A stretch of 63,641 nucleotides of DNA, filler included, from Octopus bimaculoides (GCF_001194135.2; 5 parts of 4 records of this genome joined end to end with filler, not necessarily neighbours in it), one strand, 5' to 3'. Shown: positions 50,671-63,334, counted from the first letter of the whole stretch. Notes: generated by a model not told the origin, from the sequence alone. Translations and numbers: made by a program.

Positions 50671-51236
50671 TGCTTATGCCTGTACATGCTTAACCCTGTA
50701 TGAAATCTGTTCCCATCAAGTATTCTCCTACGTGTCATCTTCCTAATGTGCATCAGTCCTCAAATTATAACATTACTCAGCTGCTGCAATCATTTGAGAT
50801 CAGGATCAGTATGTATTTCATCTGCATTTTAGCACAAGCAGTTACCTCCTCCTGACTCTGGGACCACTTCTTTTTAAACTCCATTCCTCATTCTCATTAT
50901 CATCTATGTCTATATTACTTTCTGCTGATTACGCTCTTCTCTGTGCTTTTAGTAATCTCTCCTTCTTACATTTTAGGTTAACAATACTTTGTCTTTAAAA
51001 CCTGTCCTATCTGCTTTCATTCTCAACACTCTGTCATATTCACCATCGATGATGCCTCCCATCTTTGTCACTATAGCCAGAGTTATGTATATCTAACCAC
51101 CATCTTTCTCACTGTATGTCTCCCTCTCCCTCCACTCTCACACCCTGCACATCATCTTCCAAATTTTTGACATATCTACAGATTTATGATGCTTTTGGTC
51201 TCTACAGCTCCTGTAGAAATAACAGTGATCATATAC

Positions 51237-51378
51237 GTGAAGTATATTTGCCACTTAAATGCGGCTAAACCCTAAGGGTGAATGTTACTCTTGCTTTTAG
51301 CCCCAGAACATCTTCTCCAGCTGGCTATTGACACACATCTGTGCCCTGTCGGTATTTCCAAAGGGAAGTCATCCTTCC
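51237..51378. repeat. Direct repeat X, copy 1 (142 bp), at the LINE 3' side
   Basis: Matches 57528-57672 with four substitutions and one 3-nt indel. Confidence 0.95.
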
Positions 51379-51396
51379 TATCTTGATCACGTGATA

Positions 51397-51441
51397 CGCA
51401 CGGACTCGAGTTTCTGGGTATTTACCCTTCGTCAGCGTACG
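51397..51441 (-). ncRNA. Minimal type I hammerhead ribozyme motif at the LINE 3' end
   Basis: Minus strand reads CGUACG-CUGACGA-A-GGGU(AAAU)ACCC-A-GAA-ACUCGAGU-C-CGUGCG. All three stems pair, helix III is palindromic, GUC triplet. Confidence 0.8.
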
Positions 51442-51649
51442 ACAATCACCGATCTTCGATTAAATCTTTATTATGATCATTATGATCTAAATACAGAAAG
51501 GACAATACAGGACAAATAATACAAAAATGTTAATATGAGTTCGAATGAGGATAAAAATTAAATATATAATTAAATTTCGATAACTTTCAGCTAGAACTTT
51601 AAAACAAAGACTTAAATAAAGAAAAAGACACAAAGAAAGGAAAGAGAAT

Positions 51650-54600
51650 GCAAAGTTTAAAAGATCGAACCTGTTAGCTAATAAGACCCAGCAGCTAACT
51701 TTTCCTTTTATCAATGATGAAGCTGGGTTCCTGACACCTACCTTTCTCATCACACCCTTCCATCGTTTATCATATTCTTTTGGCTGCAGAGTCTTCCTCT
51801 CCGACCCCATCCTGCTTTTCAGATGATATCTGAAGTATGTAAGCAAACCGGGGCCAGAGACGAAGGACCCTGTCACTAATCGTTCCATTCTAGTCTTCCA
51901 AACACACTCTTTCAATACTGCAACCGTACAGTAAAAACATGCCTCACCTTCCTTTGAAAGTCCAGTTGGCGGTATCATCTTTATTATGGATTCAGCCGAT
52001 AGCTGTACTTGTCCCAGATGTGACAACACGTGTTCTATGTAAATTATCAAACTTGAAAGTTCCCGACAATGTACAAANNNNNNNNNNNNNNNNNNNNNNN
52101 NNNNNNNNNNNNNNNNNNNNNNNNNNNNNNNNNNNNNNNNNNNNNNNNNNNNNNNNNNNNNNNNNNNNNNNNNNNNNNNNNNNNCGAGATAACTTATCGC
52201 GAACAGGTAAAGCGTTCCTGTAACACTGCCAAGCCAGGGATTTTTGGTAATTATCCAAATACCCCGGCTTGAAGGTTTTCTTGAACAGGTTGGTAAGTTG
52301 GTTCTCATCGAACCCCAGAGCCCCTCCTAGGACGTCATCATTTTTTGCCTCTACCAGCCCTCTATAGAATACCGAGGTGGTATTTCCGCAGCCAGCTTTG
52401 CCCGCCTTGTGGATTAGCCCGAGTGCCTGTCAGCACTCCTTCTGCCATAATGTCGGATTTATTCTTTTGATGAGATTGGGTTCAAATGTTTCCAGCGAAG
52501 CCGGTCGCGGCATGAACTTCCCCACCAGCGGACTCCACACCTTATCACCCTCCAGGTGGTGCCAGAGATGTCTCAGCCTCAACGCATGTCTTCGCATCAT
52601 TAGCCAAGGCATCCCTAACCCACCCTTTAACGGTTCCTGGCAGCACACGGAGCACCTCACAAGTGGCTTCCCCCCCCTCCACAACACGCGGAAGAGGAGT
52701 CGTTCCAACTTGCTTAGCCAAAAATCGGGGCAAGGCAGCACGGACAGGCGGTAGGTGATTACCGATGCTATAAACACCTGCACCACCTCTGCTCTGCCCT
52801 TCAAGGACAGAGGCCTTCCGGACCACCTCTGTGCTATGGCCTCCACCTTTTCCACCACCTCGCTCCAATTCTTCTCCGTCTGGGAGTCCAGACCAAGCCA
52901 AACTCCAAGCAACTTAACAGGACCATCTGTCCAGTGTCCGACGACACTGGACAATATCGGCTTGTTCCTCCAGGTGCCAAGGCACAAACCGACCGACTTA
53001 TCCTTGTTAACTTTTGCTCCTGCCACCGCTTTGTATCGTCAGAGAGCAACTTCTACACGAGGTAGTTGTGCTTGGTTAGACACGATGAGGGTGACGTCGT
53101 CCGCGTAAGCAGAAGAGAATCTACCGCATCCAATCTCATCTGGGTTGCCACCTAACTTCTCTAGCCTCTGCAGTAATTGATCCAGGGCCAAAACATACAG
53201 AATCAGGGACAAGGGACACCCTTGACGAACTGAACGCTCGATCAAAAACGGCTCCGTTAGGTAACCATTTATCTGGACAGTGGACTTGATGCCGCTATAC
53301 ATAGCAGAGATCCAGCCGCNNNNNNNNNNNNNNNNNNNNNNNNNNNNNNNNNNNNNNNNNNNNNNNNNNNNNNNNNNNNNNNNNNNNNNNNNNNNNNNNN
53401 NNNNNNNNNNNNNNNNNNNNNNNNNNNNNNNNNNNNNNNNNNNNNNNNNNNNNNNNNNNNNNNNNNNNNNNNNNNNNNNNNNNNNNNNNNNNNNNNNNNN
53501 NNNNNNNNNNNNNNNNNNNNNNNNNNNNNNNNNNNNNNNNNNNNNNNNNNNNNNNNNNNNNNNNNNNNNNNNNNNNNNNNNNNNNNNNNNNNNNNNNNNN
53601 NNNNNNNNNNNNNNNNNNNNNNNNNNNNNNNNNNNNNNNNNNNNNNNNNNNNNNNNNNNNNNNNNNNNNNNNNNNNNNNNNNNNNNNNNNNNNNNNNNNN
53701 NNNNNNNNNNNNNNNNNNNNNNNNNNNNNNNNNNNNNNNNNNNNNNNNNNNNNNNNNNNNNNNNNNNNNNNNNNNNNNNNNNNNNNNNNNNNNNNNNNNN
53801 NNNNGGCCTCCCCACGCTCGAGCGGACCACTCTCCCCGAACAACCGAGCGAAATGCTGGTGAAAAGCCTTTTGCATCTCCTCCTGTCCATAGATCTTGCG
53901 TCCTCGTTCGTCGGTTAAAGACGTAATACAGGACTTCTTGCCCTTCTGACACTCCTCACGACGTGTCCATCTGGCTACGTTAATTCCTTCTCGTTTCCCT
54001 GCACGTAATTTCGCTCTGACTCTGCAACCTTCGTGCTTGGCATTGAGGTGATGATACAAGACCGTTCTCGCCGCTAACACTCTAGATGCGGAGCCAGATT
54101 CCAATGCCTTGTCTAAGTTCTTAACTAATTCACCCTCTACCCTAGACCTATCTAAACTTAGCTGTTTGCTAAATCTAATGGACTCTAAATGAATGGCTCT
54201 TTTGAGGGCGTGCCACCATCTATTATTAACGATGGTACCACATAATGCTCTCTGAACTAACTCCTTAATCCGGGCACGGAAAGCTTCACAAGTCAAAATA
54301 GACTTGTTCATTTTCCAGTACCCGGGTCCCTGTCTATGACACTTATCAACATGCACCTCACACGTCACAAGCTTGTGATCAGTGTAAGGTACAATACANN
54401 NNNNNNNNAGTAATAATAATAAGAGGAATAAACACAATGAAAATAAAGGAAATAAACCCCATAAGCATAACATAAGCAATTTAAAATTTTTTAAAAACGA
54501 TATTAGTAACCATGATGATAATAATAAGGATAATAAAGTCTGGTTCATAATCCCATTTGGGAGAAATATCAAGAGTAACCTGATAGCAAAGTTTAGAGAG

Positions 54601-55448
54601 GTGATAGGTAGGCACTTCCCAAGGAGCTCACACTATGGTAAAATTATCAATACGCACATAATTAGGTTTGGGTTTTCAAATACTAGGAACCTAGCACAAA
54701 TAATAGCAGCGCATAACCTTAAAATACCTAAGTCTAAAGAAATAGGGGGGAATGAGAATTTGAACAATGATATAAATAGCAATAATAATAATAATAGTAA
54801 TAATAATGATGATAATAATAATAATAATGGAGGTACTATTAATAATAGGGGTAAGGTCTGTAAGAGTAAGAACCTAATCACAGTAAATGAGGTAAACCCT
54901 AGGAGATTAAAATTTGAAGGACCCAACGCGAAAGTCAAAAATATAGTATATCAATGTAAGGTAAAGACCCAAACAGGCACCACGAAATACCTTGGTTGAA
55001 CATCTGGACAGGTATGTAGGAGAATATCTAATCACTTCACAACATTTAGAGATAGAAGGAAAATAGCAAGCACTAGTCTTAGCAAATACATCTGGGAACT
55101 CAAAGAAAATAATAAGCCGTATTCGTTAGAATGGTCCATAGTAGCAAGATCAATGCCATACAAGAGAGGAAGTACAACCAGCCTACCTTCTGGGTCCAGA
55201 AAGACAGTACTAACCTGTAAGTCCAAGTTCTTCCTGATAAGGACTGCCACGCCTGCACCTCTTCCTTGGCTAGGAGAAATAAATTTCTCGTAACCATTCA
55301 GAAGAGGCAAGAACGCTTGAGGTCCCTTCATCTTGGACTCGGTTACAATAGCAACATCTATTCTATGTGTTGTGAGGTCGTTCAGGAAACAAGCCTGTTT
55401 CCATCTCGACCCCATTCCACGTACATTTAAACAGCCTATCTTAATCAT
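51650..55448 (-). pseudogene. LINE ORF2 (AP endonuclease and reverse transcriptase), disrupted
   Basis: EN and RT motifs as above. Interrupted by the Penelope fragment at 54410-55169, a stop codon and frameshifts. The C-terminal boundary is approximate. Confidence 0.85.
54410..55169 (+). mobile_element. Penelope-like fragment nested antisense in the LINE endonuclease domain
   Basis: WFIIPFGRNIKSN..RHFP..GKIINTHIIRFGFSNTRNLAQIIAAHN, a poly-Asn (AAT)n tract, then IVYQCKV..KYLG*T..RISNHFTTF..LSKYIWELKENNKPYSLEWSIV (GIY-YIG). Confidence 0.88.
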
Positions 55449-55478
55449 CGAGAAAAGAAAGGTATTTACTTACAGTTG

Positions 55479-57141
55479 TTAGAGGGAGCATGATAGTTCG
55501 TGTCTGCCTGCTTCCTCAGCACTCCCTATAGCTGCTGGGCTTTTCACCGGCGTTGCCACCGGGCTCTGGGTTGGTGTAACTGCCGGGCTAATAACCAGCT
55601 TTCCAGATATCACCTCCTGGGTGACATCTTTAATTAAATGTTCTTTGACTACTTCTTGGAGGAGTTTTTCTCTCCATTCCTCCTCGCTGATTTTTGTGTA
55701 TCTCACTTCGCTGTCCGTAACTTTGAAAGTTTTAATTCGGTGGTGTGCCTTGATGAGGCGAACCACCTTCTCATTTTTGGCATTGAAAGCCACTATTTTG
55801 TCTGTGTTTTTAAGTCCTTTTAACNNNNNNNNNNNNNNNNNNNNNNNNNNNNNNNNNNNNNNNNNNNNNNNNNNNNNNNNNNNNNNNNNNNNNNNNNNNN
55901 NNNNNNNNNNNNNNNNNNNNNNNNNNNNNNNNNNNNNNNNNNNNNNNNNNNNNNNNNNNNNNNNNNNNNNNNNNNNNNNNNNNNNNNNNNNNNNNNNNNN
56001 NNNNNNNNNNNNNNNNNNNNNNNNNNNNNNNNNNNNNNNNNNNNNNNNNNNNNNNNNNNNNNNNNNNNNNNNNNNNNNNNNNNNNNNNNNNNNNNNNNNN
56101 NNNNNNNNNNNNNNNNNNNNNNNNNNNNNNNNNNNNNNNNNNNNNNNNNNNNNNNNNNNNNNNNNNNNNNNNNNNNNNNNNNNNNNNNNNNNNNNNNNNN
56201 NNNNNNNNNNNNNNNNNNNNNNNNNNNNNNNNNNNNNNNNNNNNNNNNNNNNNNNNNNNNNNNNNNNNNNNNNNNNNNNNNNNNNNNNNNNNNNNNNNNN
56301 NNNNNNNNNNNNNNNNNNNNNNNNNNNNNNNNNNNNNNNNNNNNNNNNNNNNNNNNNNNNNNNNNNNNNNNNNCAGACGGAGCGAACGTGGCCCTTCTGA
56401 CCGCACTTAAAGCATCTTGTCCTAGGTCCCTCCACCAATACACGAATAGTAAGCCCCTCCCCCACGAAGACTCTATCTGGTAAATTTTCTAGGGTCAAAT
56501 TATCTGCCTGAATGACCATTTCGACCTTTCCAATTCGTCGCCTCTTTCTTTCTCGTGCTCGATATCGTTAGTTTTCCCTCTACATCATAGATTATAGCAG
56601 TTGCTACCCACATAACATCGAATCCCTCGGGTATCTCTTCCACAGTAATTTTTGCCGTTCTGCGGCCTAAGTATGTAGACAGCAGCATTATCTGCGTGTT
56701 CTTTAATGTCTGAGTTGACACCTCCTTCACTAAGCTCTCCGACTCGAAGTGGGCTTCTATTATAGCGCTTCTCACTCCTCGGCTAACGTAGCGAATCTTG
56801 TTCCATATTGGTGACAAGCAACGTTCTACAATTTCATTTTTTACGTCTATTATTTTTTTTTCTTTTATGTTATAAACTTTATAAACTATGGGGTTTTTTC
56901 GTATGGCTTCGATAGTTTCAGGGGGCGGTACCAGTTTTGTCACTTCACCAGTTTTCTCTATTAAGTTTCTGAACTGGAAGAGTTTCTCCATTGCTACTTC
57001 TAGTTCAATTACGTTACCGCCTACGGCGTCTGAAAAACTTTGGTGCAACAACTTTTTTTCCTTCTCCCATCTCGGGAAAATCAGATTTTGAAGATAATTC
57101 AAATTCCATAATGAATACAAAGAACTTGTCACAAATGACAA
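55479..57141 (-). pseudogene. LINE ORF1 (nucleic-acid-binding, CCHC knuckle), frameshifted
   Basis: Two overlapping ORFs (56500-57141 and 55479-56519) join by a 1-nt shift. CX2CX4H motif next to the N gap. Confidence 0.8.
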
Positions 57142-57527
57142 GAAAAATAATCTTTCAAAATAACCTATAAAGGTTAACAGAAAACAGAAATTTTCTGCCC
57201 CAGAGGGCGAAAATAACTGTAAAACAGTTCACAAGAAAGTAGAAATTTTCTGCCCCGTAGGGTGAAAATAACTGTAAAACAGTTCACCAAAAAACAGTCC
57301 AAATAAATTATTCAACAAAAATATTAACAAATAAGTAACTAAAGAACAAACTCACATTAACAAGGGTAGCAACAATAAAGACGTAAAAGCCGATCTTCAA
57401 TGCGAAGGCATCCCAATGCAAATACCTATATACTTTTTCCAGTGACGAATATTCACTGATCTCAAAAAAGTGAAAACAAGCAATGTTAAATCTCTGAACG
57501 AGGTATAAACAGTAACTGCACGACAAT

Positions 57528-57672
57528 GTGAAGTATATTTGCCACTTAAATGTGGCTAAACCCTAAGGGTGAATGTTACTCTTGCTTTTAGCCCCAGGAG
57601 AACATCTCCTCCAGCTGGCTATTGACACACATCTGTGCCCTTTCGGTATTTGCAAAGGGAAGTCATCCTTCC
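57528..57672. repeat. Direct repeat X, copy 2 (145 bp), at the LINE 5' side
   Basis: Matches 51237-51378. No hammerhead precedes this copy on the minus strand. Confidence 0.95.
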
Positions 57673-57689
57673 CAGCAAAGGTGGAACAT

Positions 57690-60250
57690 TGCTATTGAGA
57701 GAAAAAGTGACTATGTTGAGAAGTTGGGATGTGATCCACAGAGGACCAGCTTCCTTTTGATGTATGATACATATTCCTGTGTTGCTAATTAAACTTGTCC
57801 TAAACAAAATGGCATTACTTTTTGACTTACCCTCGTAGATAGATATGATATTTTTTTTAGGCTAACAGGAAAAACAATTGCTTCTTATCAATCACAGGAG
57901 AAAGAAGCAGTAGGTTACACTGCAAGAACAAAGTAGAAGGAATGTTTGGCTCTATGGATATTCAGTGTGATATGATATCCTCACCTATTCTTTTCCCCAC
58001 TAGAAGGTACAACATGTATTGTGTGGCTTTACCTAAACCTCATCACTGATCTAAGCAGTTGTAAGTACTCTGCTTGGATGTCTTCACTCACACTAGAATA
58101 TGGCACTCTAAAGCACTAACTTCTCTACCTGGCCTGATGGATGCTACATGTTGCACCAGAATATACCTCCATCTGGGAGGTATGTCCTCTTTTGGTTGTA
58201 GTTTGATTGTTCAATGGCATCTTTCTATGATTCCATTTCTACTTAGCCTGTATGTAGTTTTAAAATACAAATTCCAGTTATCCACCATCTCTCTCAGTGA
58301 CCCTGAACAAAACACTACTTTTATCTATCAGCATCTCAATAACTCGGCCCCTCTCCAAAACTTTTGTTCTGAAGTCTAATAATTTCAACTGCAGCCTCTG
58401 CTCTAATCTCCCTCTGTATAACTACTTGTCTATAACTGCAATCAGGATGAGCTACAACCTTTGGATGCATTACATCTACTGCCAACCACTTCCAATAACT
58501 TCTCACTCATGTCTCTCCCCTTTCATGCACACTTGGTTGATTGACTGACACCTGTCCCAACTTCTAACCACCTTCCAAACACTCTCCCTTGTAACATCAG
58601 GGTTAACACTTCTGGTCAAAAATATTGTTCTAATCATCCCTATATGATACACGTCATGGTTTCTCTTTAGCTTCAGATCCTCCAGATTTTCCAATCAGCA
58701 CTCTGGATTCAGTACCCTCTCTAAATCCTCTGGCACCCCATCCACATTTTCCTCACCCCAGTAAGGGCATCTTCAGTTTTCTCTGAAAGTACAAGTATTA
58801 TTCACAGCTGCAGGTTAAATTCTTTGATTAACTCTCCTAGGATCCCCAGGCATTGTTTTACAATCATCTCTATCGCTCTGTTCAGATTCTCTTCTCATAG
58901 GTAAATTAGGGATCTCACTCACCCAAGTACAGTTTAGATTTGGAACCCTGTCTAAACTAAATTTATTCCCTTCAACATGGCATCCAGTTTAACTACATTT
59001 TCTTAGCTAAGCTGCATCCTCTGTCACAACTTCACTTATTTCTAGGACAATCCCCATTGATATGCTACTAGCATCACACCATACAAGACCTCTCTCTGAC
59101 TTAGACAGTTAGGTCATCGTTGAATAGGAGTAGACATCTTTAGTATGTTGTTTACAGCTGTGTGTTATTCCATATAAAGACATAACCATTGTTGTTTAAA
59201 TACATATTTATTCTTATTGATTTAATGTACAATATTTACATGTATACATAAAAATTTTTGTAGGTTTTTGCAATATACTTCTGTATATTGCAGGAATAGT
59301 GTTTGTTCATCATAATTGAAGAACTCCTTTCTACTCCAGGCTGAGTTTCAGGAAAGGAAAACTTGACATTATAAAAGCTAGTTGCTCACTGGCTTGTTTT
59401 TGGTAAGAAGTGAGAATATGTGTTCTCTGGTGGCTTTTATAACCACACAAAGTGTGGGAACTTCTAAAAACTCATGGAATGTTTTACTGTATGGCATGAT
59501 ATTTCTGCTAGCTGATTGGTCAGTTATCAGGGAACATCATCTGACTCAAGTGTGGACTGGAACCAGCTACCAGGTTTGCAAGGTTTTAATTCTAGGTCTT
59601 GCTACAGACGCATACCAAATTTCTTCTCACTGGATCCTCCTTTCTAACCCTCTCCAAGATATCTTTCTTCATTACAACTGTTCTCTTTCCAACTTTCTGT
59701 CTTCAACTGACTCCAGCTGTTCTCCTCTTCACACAGCTACATGTTGTTCAGAGTTACCCAACAATAGGGTAATAGCACACTAGTTATCTGCACATTTGGA
59801 AACAGACCTCAATTACTCAAATCATCCTTCAAGTCCAGACTTTCATTTTCTCTCTGAAACACCAGCTCATCTGACCTATCTCCCCTCAGCCTCACTCCCA
59901 CTATAGATTCTAGTTGTTTTGCAACCTACCTGAACCTCTTCAGATTATCCATCACTTTTGCTGTTGTCACCATTGCCTTGTCCACCAAGATGTCATCTAT
60001 GTAGGAGTTAGGAACTCCTTTCAGTCTGTCCACCTTTCCCAGTATCATCTTGAGAATTGTGACTATGATCTTTGACACAGTTCAGTTGAAATTCGAACAG
60101 GGTCAAGCAGTACATCTTACCTCCTGAACTTCACCAGCTATTATTTCCACAACGTTTTGTCCACATGAAGCTGTAGATTGGCTGACTTCAAATCTATAAT
60201 TGTAGAAACCCCTCTCATCTGCCTCCACTCTCTAAAGGTCTACCTACATA
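57690..60250 (-). mobile_element. Old, heavily degenerate RTE-like LINE
   Basis: Scattered stop-ridden RT and endonuclease remnants on the minus strand, including a GC(S)SS.L-like QGC motif relic near 58430-58460. Boundaries are approximate. Confidence 0.45.
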
Positions 60251-62689
60251 TATTCGTGGCCTCTCTACTAGAGTTACATGTCACTTGCTTATTCAACTTC
60301 AATCCTACGTTGGCCAGACTTTATTCTTAATTGGTTGAACAACTGCAATCAGTGACTGAAGGGAGCCGGTGTTGAAGTGAGTCAATCGGAAGGATTATGC
60401 TTGTTACTTATACTTAATACTGATCAGGGACCAAAGTAAGTTTCGTTTTTCTGTTCCACTAACCACTAACCAGTAAACAAACTTTATTACTGACAACTCC
60501 ATGTAATATAAAAGTAGACAACATAGCAACAATCTACGTATTTAAATAACCCCAAAACATGATGGAACACTCAACGAAGTTCGTTGTTTTGGATTATATT
60601 CTGAAGCGGGCGTCAAAAACTGTTTCCTCCCATTTGGTTTACTACATTAATTACATTAAGTCTACGTGAGAAAAAGTAGGTATGGATGTAAGCGCGAAAG
60701 AAGAGAGCGACAATAGGTGTATGTGTGAAAGGAGATTGTGTGTGCGTGTGTAAAGAAGAGAAAGAGGGAGGTAGGAAGAGAGAGGGAGAGACGGAGAGGT
60801 AACAAAAGTATGTTCTTGGCAACGTTTGTTTTCATGTCTCCTCGTTGTCTGCTTTCATTTATTCACGTCCAATGCAATATCACCACCATCATCAACGATA
60901 AACTATGTTCATTGCTAAATAGAAAAGCAATAATGATTACGACCCAAAAGAACAATTATTTAGACAGTTGCTAGTGTAAACACAACAACATATAATTGTT
61001 TATATTAGCAACACGTTGTTACACGATATATATACATAATTCACTATAATAGTAATAATAATAATAATAATAATTATTATTATTTAGTCGCTGTTACGTT
61101 ATTAACAAAAAGTTTGCCATAATCAATATCGATATGGATATGGTACCTTCTGATGACATATTTAAGACATCTCAGTTACTGATACTAATCTTCTGGATTA
61201 TCCTTAATTCTCAAGTTCAATGTCACAAACTACCATCTGATTCCAGTTCGGAACTTCTTCCAAGTTACTCTTTACCAAGTAAGTCTCCCTCTTTCTAATA
61301 ATAATTGCAGGGAGACCTGAGAAAAAAAAATCTATTTTTGTTTATATCAAAATATGTTTTTTAAAGGGTACGGAATATGCTCGGAAAGACTTTCCAATTG
61401 ATCTCTAAAAATGTACAAATTCTTTTCATTTACGCAGAATTCTTTTTATTGTATTATCATAATTTCTTTTATTGTATAAAATTCATGATTTATTATTAAA
61501 ATTATTAATAGTAAGTCCTTGACAGTTGCCTGACTTGCTAGAAATAACAGTCAAATTTTCCTGAAACCACACTACCGTCTTACCTACCACTCATTGAATA
61601 ATGTAATCTTTGATGGTCATGGCTGGAGTGTCTTTGATTTGTTTATTTAGGGTTGACGGGGGACTAAATAACAACAAACATGAAAAATATTTGGCAATTA
61701 CGAGTAGCTTTTTTAATATTTACGTCCAAATTATGAGGGGGATAACATTAATCTGTTGATAATCTAATTAGCAAATTAAATCAAAGTTAATATAATTATG
61801 GTAAAAAAAAAGACATCTTTGATTTAAAGAGAAAACGGTTTTATTTATGATATTTTTTCTCTTATTCGCTGAGGTTCCTCATTATTGAGGTTCTAGGCCA
61901 CATTTTTATCGTTGACCTCGGCAGGAATTGAACTCGAAACGTAAAGGATCGTAACTAAATCTACTGCACTTTACTAATTCTTTAGTTATCCCCTGTTTTA
62001 ATATTTCTCTTTCAATTTGGGTTATTTTAAACCTTAGAGATTGTAATGGCGGGTTTTCACGGCAGTCTTCTGTTGTTTGAAATAAGAGGACGAGATTTGT
62101 GTAACTACAGGTCAGTCGTATTTGAGCAAACCTGTAATCAAAGACACGAGCCGTGGCTTTACTATCCTAAGGTGGATTGTAAGACAACACTATCAAATGT
62201 GTTCTTTCCTTATTTAAGACAGTATGGTGTGATTTGAGAGCGGTTTGGCTATTGTTTCTAGCATCCAGGACAACCACATACACCCCAATTCTCGTTATTC
62301 GCTATCAAATCCGACCTCTAAAGATTTAGGTGTCTCAATTATAGTATGTTAGTTTGCTTGATTGATAATATTTGAAGTTTGAAATACAATTTCTTCTTGA
62401 ATGAATGAACAAATATGCTCAGCCTCATGGCTGAGGGTTGGAGGTGGTGGGGAGCTTAGACATACAGATCCCTCGTCACCACTCAACAATGCCTTCTTAC
62501 TGCAATCACACTCTACCCTGTTCAGTCCTTGATATCATTTTAACCAATAATTAAGATAAATACAAAATGGGGATTGTTGGTGTTCTTGGAAATGTTGGCC
62601 TTAACTTGTCTTGCTTGCTTTTCTTCACTATAATCAATTACTCCCTGCCCATAATTGAAATTTATTACCCCCACCCACCTCTTACTTAT

Positions 62690-62900
62690 TGAGCACTAAC
62701 ATTAATTTTATTTGACTACAGCTAGGCTCTGCATCACATATTCTGGTGGAATATAGTTGGATCGGCAGCAACCTATATAAATAATAGAACCGGTTGCCAG
62801 TTATGTTCCTTAGAACTATTGAAAATCATTAGGTTCCCTGAAAAGGACAAGCTAATTAATAAGAGATCAGAATTCAAACCAACTTGTATGCATAAACTAG
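62690..62900 (+). mobile_element. Penelope-like element C-terminal fragment
   Basis: NNRTGCQLCSLE..LINKRSEFKPTCMHK matches the CxLC..NKRSE..C.H ending of PLE GIY-YIG domains. Confidence 0.7.
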
Positions 62901-63334
62901 TTAAAACCTTTAAATACTATAAGCCTTAAGTCCCCACTTTTAATTTCAAATCACTTCATGATCTTCTCTCATTGGTAATTCCCTCATCTGATCCCTCCTG
63001 CCACTATTCAGACATTGAATTAACAAATCCTGGACTTACCCCTAACCACTTAATTATTCAGTTTACTTTCACCGAGTTAGATTCTGACACACATATTTAA
63101 TAATCCGAGGTCTCTAATCTTATAGAGAAAATATCTAAATAATTTAGTCACTGGCTCTAAAATTTCGAATAACATTACAATACACAAAGGTCATATTAGC
63201 TAACACTAATTACGTCAATGTTTATAACAATATTATACTAGTATTTGTTAGTGGACAGAAACCTAGACTCTTTTAACTTCATATAGCAATCCCTAAACAA
63301 TTAAAATAGGAATATAGGAGAAGTTGCCCAATGA

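Larger units (their letters stand above)
51447..57517 (-). mobile_element. Near full-length Tx1/L1-type LINE (ORF1 with zinc knuckle, ORF2 with APE and RT), inactivated
   Basis: ORF1 57141-55479 has CFKCGQKGH and a frameshift near 56520. ORF2 starts at 55448 (MIKIGCLNVRG) and contains TDH, PGYWKMN, VRQGCPLS and YADDV (53096-53107), with an in-frame TGA at 53039-53041. Candidate TSD (plus strand) G(T/C)ACGACAAT at 51437-51446 and 57518-57527. Confidence 0.92.

Noticed and set aside
389-56519. Long ORFs in the supplied track made mostly of X residues
   Set aside because: They are artefacts of translating through N gaps. Only their non-N ends were used as evidence.
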